Below, in pieces: positions 62,741 through 64,000 of a stretch of 64,000 bases of DNA (position 1 is its first letter; each line of letters starts with the position of its first letter). The notes below the pieces were generated by a model. The model did not search any database. It worked only from the letters and a program-made list of their open reading frames with translations, and was not told the origin of the DNA. The position numbers and the translations under genes are program-made. Source of the DNA: a bacterium (GTDB taxonomy: Bacteria; Bacillota; Clostridia; Oscillospirales; CAG-382); NCBI GenBank assembly GCA_963661975.1, contig CAVLDN010000006.1:30421-94420 (forward strand). Reading direction: 5' to 3'.

Positions 62741-63417
62741 AGCCCTATATCCGGAAGCCTTTCTTTGATACGTTCGACGATTTCATCGTGGATATCCTCC
62801 CGCGTGCGGAGCACATCCCCGCGTGCGCAGTCGATCCTGATCCACCCGAGCTTTTCGGCGGAATAGACCGCCGCACGGTAGCTTGCTTCGAGGTGGGCGT
62901 TGCTCTTTTCGTGTATGTCCGGGGCGCTTCCGGTTTCGCGGCAGCGCCTTGCCAGCAAAAACTCCGACATTTCCGGCGGCATACAAAGGTATATCACCGC
63001 CGCGGGGCGCGGAAGCCCGAGCTTGCCGAATTCGAAATCACAAAGCCAGTCAAGAAAACCGTCGCGTTCCTCCGCTGGCATTTTGGAAAGCTGATGCACG
63101 GCATTTGCGGAGGAGTATCTGTCTGCGATTATTACCTTGCCGGCTTCCATATCTTTCTTCCAATCGAGCATATAGCTTGTGTATCTGTCCACTGCGAAGA
63201 AGGAGGATGCCGCATAGGCGTTCACGGTGTTCGGATCCGAGCCGAAATCGCCGCGCAGATACATATTTACCGCGGCGCAGCCGTCGCCATTGTAGGTGGG
63301 GAAGGATATATATCTGTAATCGATACCCTTTTCCGCGAATGTCCGGGAAAGAAGCTCTGTTTGTGTCCTTTTGCCGCTGGCGTCAAGCCCGTCCACGGCG
63401 ATAAGTCGGTTTTGCAT
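62737..63417 (-). CDS. tmk: thymidylate (dTMP) kinase family protein
   Basis: P-loop VDGLDASGKRTQ and the DRY motif (ADRYSSANAVHQ). Confidence 0.7.
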   Translation of the reverse strand: MQNRLIAVDGLDASGKRTQTELLSRTFAEKGIDYRYISFPTYNGDGCAAVNMYLRGDFGSDPNTVNAYAASSFFAVDRYTSYMLDWKKDMEAGKVIIADRYSSANAVHQLSKMPAEERDGFLDWLCDFEFGKLGLPRPAAVIYLCMPPEMSEFLLARRCRETGSAPDIHEKSNAHLEASYRAAVYSAEKLGWIRIDCARGDVLRTREDIHDEIVERIKERLPDIGL

Positions 63418-63484
63418 TGCGCCAACCCTCTCTTTGCGGAAGAATAAAAATACTCAAAATACATATATACCACAAAACGCGGGA

Positions 63485-63520
63485 AAAATCAAGAAAAACG
63501 AGCGTAAAAACGCTCGTTTT
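63485..63520 (-). terminator. rho-independent terminator after dnaJ
   Basis: Stem aacgagcg/cgctcgtt with T-runs on both strands. Confidence 0.7.
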
Positions 63521-63526
63521 CAGGTG

Positions 63527-64000
63527 CTATTTTTTTGCCTTTTCGACAAATGCTTTTTTCAGAGGGTAATTCTTTTCCGCGGATTCCTTTGCGAACTGTT
63601 CGAGCAGGTCCTTCTGCTTTCTGGAAAGCCCTTTCGGTGTTTCCACCGTTACGGTTACAAGCAGATCGCCTCTGCCCCTGCCGTTCAGCTTCGGAACACC
63701 CTTGCCGCGGATGGAAAATGTAGCCCCGCTCTGCGTACCTTCGGGGATGGTAAGCTCGCCGCTTCCGTCCGGTGTGGGAACCGTCAGCTTTGCGCCGAGA
63801 GCCGCCTCCGTGAAGGAAACGGGGAGGTTGTAGTAAAGGTCAAAACCGTCGCGGCGGTAAAGCGCATCCCTGCGCACATTGATCTCTATGATAAGATCGC
63901 CGTCCGCACCGCCGTTTGCGCCGCTGTTGCCCTGCCCGTGAAGTATGATGCGCTGACCGTCATCAATGCCTGCGGGGATGTTGACCTCGAGTTTTTTGCT
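63527..64000 (-). CDS. dnaJ: molecular chaperone DnaJ, C-terminal part (5' end outside window)
   Basis: Frame stays open to the window edge. C-terminal beta-sandwich motifs (GDLIIEINV..F.R.G.DL, VPTPDG...IPEGTQSG..F...GKG). Confidence 0.8.
   Translation of the reverse strand, partial: SKKLEVNIPAGIDDGQRIILHGQGNSGANGGADGDLIIEINVRRDALYRRDGFDLYYNLPVSFTEAALGAKLTVPTPDGSGELTIPEGTQSGATFSIRGKGVPKLNGRGRGDLLVTVTVETPKGLSRKQKDLLEQFAKESAEKNYPLKKAFVEKAKK

Overview
GC-rich Clostridia-type chromosomal segment; gene content and synteny look Oscillospiraceae/Ruminococcaceae-like, which is inferred and not verified. It is densely packed with about 70 protein genes, one tRNA-Gln(CUG) and one TPP riboswitch. I saw no IS elements, prophage genes, CRISPR arrays or recognisable defence genes.

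Layout:
- 1-46.2 kb is mostly plus-strand housekeeping: rny-ymdB-yajC, hisS-aspS, rplS-lepB-rbgA-rnhB-yraN-thrC, murA, comEB-rimI-tsaD. Minus-strand islands are pncC-thiI-cysteine desulfurase-tRNA, rbsK, rnj and an SGNH hydrolase.
- At 46.2-47.0 kb gene polarity flips across a 776-bp non-coding gap. Every gene from folD to dnaJ is then minus-strand: lgt, M16 pair, nagBA, ispFD, a four-subunit 2-oxoacid:ferredoxin oxidoreductase, U32, mltG, CPBP, DJ-1, tmk.

Most interesting loci:
1. A seven-gene, translationally coupled operon (31.9-38.1 kb): Rex, a kinase-like protein with a degenerate catalytic loop, two thioredoxin-like [2Fe-2S] ferredoxins, a PAS-containing sensory [FeFe] hydrogenase (HydS type), a PP2C phosphatase and a catalytic [FeFe] hydrogenase. 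This is a candidate H2-sensing signalling pathway whose mechanism is unresolved.
2. A MinD/ParA ATPase coupled to a methylglyoxal-synthase-like protein that has lost the catalytic residues.
3. An ABC-2/GldG/DUF4340 envelope module with an 807-aa discoidin-containing protein.
4. The polarity-switch gap, which carries 26-bp perfect direct repeats of DnaA-box-like GTGGAAAA units, a predicted multi-stem RNA-like segment and an orphan strong terminator.
5. Two intergenic motif arrays: TGCCGCAC x4 and 24-bp-phased ATATCAC with hairpins.

All calls rest on reading the translations and the DNA by eye. No database search was run.
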